From positions 314,284 through 378,283 of the forward strand of contig JAXLYI010000006.1 in NCBI GenBank assembly GCA_046351555.1: a stretch of DNA of 64,000 nucleotides. The letters are read 5' to 3'. The translations under genes and the position numbers were made by a program. Shown here piece by piece: positions 63,155 to 64,000 of this stretch; within the stretch, counting starts at the first letter, position 1, and each line of letters starts with the position of its first letter. This DNA is from Polyangiales bacterium (GTDB lineage: Bacteria > Myxococcota_A > Polyangia > Polyangiales > Ga0077539). The notes below the pieces were generated by a model that did no database searches, was not told the DNA's origin, and saw only the letters and a list, made by a program, of their open reading frames with translations.

Positions 63155-63975
63155 ACCGCCTGCATTGCGTTGACGTCGCTGCTGCACCCGGCGCGGCCGG
63201 CGCCGCCGCAGAAGGGGCGGTCGCCCCAGGCGCGCTCGCCCGGGTAGCCGAAGGGGCTCAGGTCGTCGACGAAGTCCGCCGCGCCGTGCGACGCGCGCTC
63301 GCCCACGTTGGCCCTCCCCCGCGGCAGCCCCTCGCGCTCGACCGCCGCCTCCACGCGCTCGCCGCGGCCGTCCATCGCCTCGGCGCAGCCCACCGAGGAG
63401 TACGGCGACCCGTGGCCGTCGACCCGCGTGTCGAAGTACGGGTGGTGCTTGCCCGCGCTCAGGAAGATCACCGGGTGGCGCCCGTCGGCGAAGCGGAGCG
63501 CGTGGGTCGGCCAGCCGAAGCCCCAGGCCCACAGGTGACGCAGCGACGCCGCGCCGTCGCGCAGGTCGATGGTGAGCCGGAGGTACTGGTTGTCGCCGGG
63601 GTGGGCGCTGCTGCACACGCCCGACTCGACGTAGCCGCCGTCGTCGGCGAAGAGGTAGGCGTAGCGGAGCTCGACGGAGGCCGCGCCGCACGCGCCGAGC
63701 GGCGTCACCTGGTAGGGCGTCGCGGGCTCGCTCGGACGGCGGGCGTTCTCGCGGCTGTCGAAGACGAAGAGGGGCGCGTACCAGCGGGCCAGGGCGTGCT
63801 CCACCTCGTCGTCGAGGCAGTCGCCATCGCGGTCGCGCGCGCGGTCGTCGGTGAAGGCCTCGCCCGCGAGCGGCATCGGGTCGGCGGCGCCGGGCATGCC
63901 CGCGGCGTCCCAGTCGTCGAAGTCGAGCCCGCACGCCGCCACGAGCGGGACGGAGGCCGCCAGCACCCATCGCAT
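63145..63975 (-). CDS. Hypothetical lipoprotein.
   Basis: The start is placed at MRWVLAASVPLVAACG (lipobox), with a globular Asp/Gly/Trp-containing body. The track ORF starts at 63999 and may extend upstream toward the window edge. Confidence 0.45.
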   Translation of the reverse strand: MRWVLAASVPLVAACGLDFDDWDAAGMPGAADPMPLAGEAFTDDRARDRDGDCLDDEVEHALARWYAPLFVFDSRENARRPSEPATPYQVTPLGACGAASVELRYAYLFADDGGYVESGVCSSAHPGDNQYLRLTIDLRDGAASLRHLWAWGFGWPTHALRFADGRHPVIFLSAGKHHPYFDTRVDGHGSPYSSVGCAEAMDGRGERVEAAVEREGLPRGRANVGERASHGAADFVDDLSPFGYPGERAWGDRPFCGGAGRAGCSSDVNAMQAVWR

Positions 63976-64000
63976 CGCGGCCCCGGACGTTACCCTCACC

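Overview
This window is a 64 kb, very high-GC (roughly 70% or more) chromosomal segment with the gene content and architecture typical of a myxobacterium (Myxococcota). That assignment rests on three eukaryotic-like Ser/Thr kinases with PEGA or Pro-rich tails, modular Cys-rich/RCC1/FGE lipoproteins, a sigma-54 activator, an ECF sigma/anti-sigma pair, and pervasive translational coupling. Recognisable housekeeping genes are mutL, mutS, a partial F1Fo ATP synthase operon (b-prime, b, delta, alpha, gamma, with no beta or epsilon), argD, argF, a DnaK-family Hsp70, tmk, prmA, rsmE, nfi and an acyl-CoA synthetase. Accessory or unusual content includes:
- An OmpR-type two-component system (TCS) whose kinase carries a His-rich N-terminal tail, co-transcribed with a Gly/His/Cys-rich CpxP/ZraP-like periplasmic protein and a 56-aa CxxxC mini-protein.
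- A full-length but highly divergent paralog of the RNA polymerase beta subunit (RpoB-like, about 1140 aa) with substitutions at catalytic positions. It heads a small operon with an unknown 271-aa protein and a membrane protein carrying a bacterial PH-like (bPH) domain. This is the most striking element in the window and, to my knowledge, not a described system.
- A 1272-aa STAND-type P-loop NTPase with an N-terminal nuclease-like module (Avs-like antiviral candidate).
- A split OLD/PARIS-like pair: an ABC-type ATPase followed by a standalone Toprim-like protein.

I saw no rRNA, CRISPR array or obvious IS/transposase by eye, and tRNAs cannot be excluded without a scan. Most long ORFs in the six-frame track that I do not list are Arg/Pro/Gly-rich antisense artefacts of the high GC content. 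All starts are inferred from context and are uncertain by a few codons.
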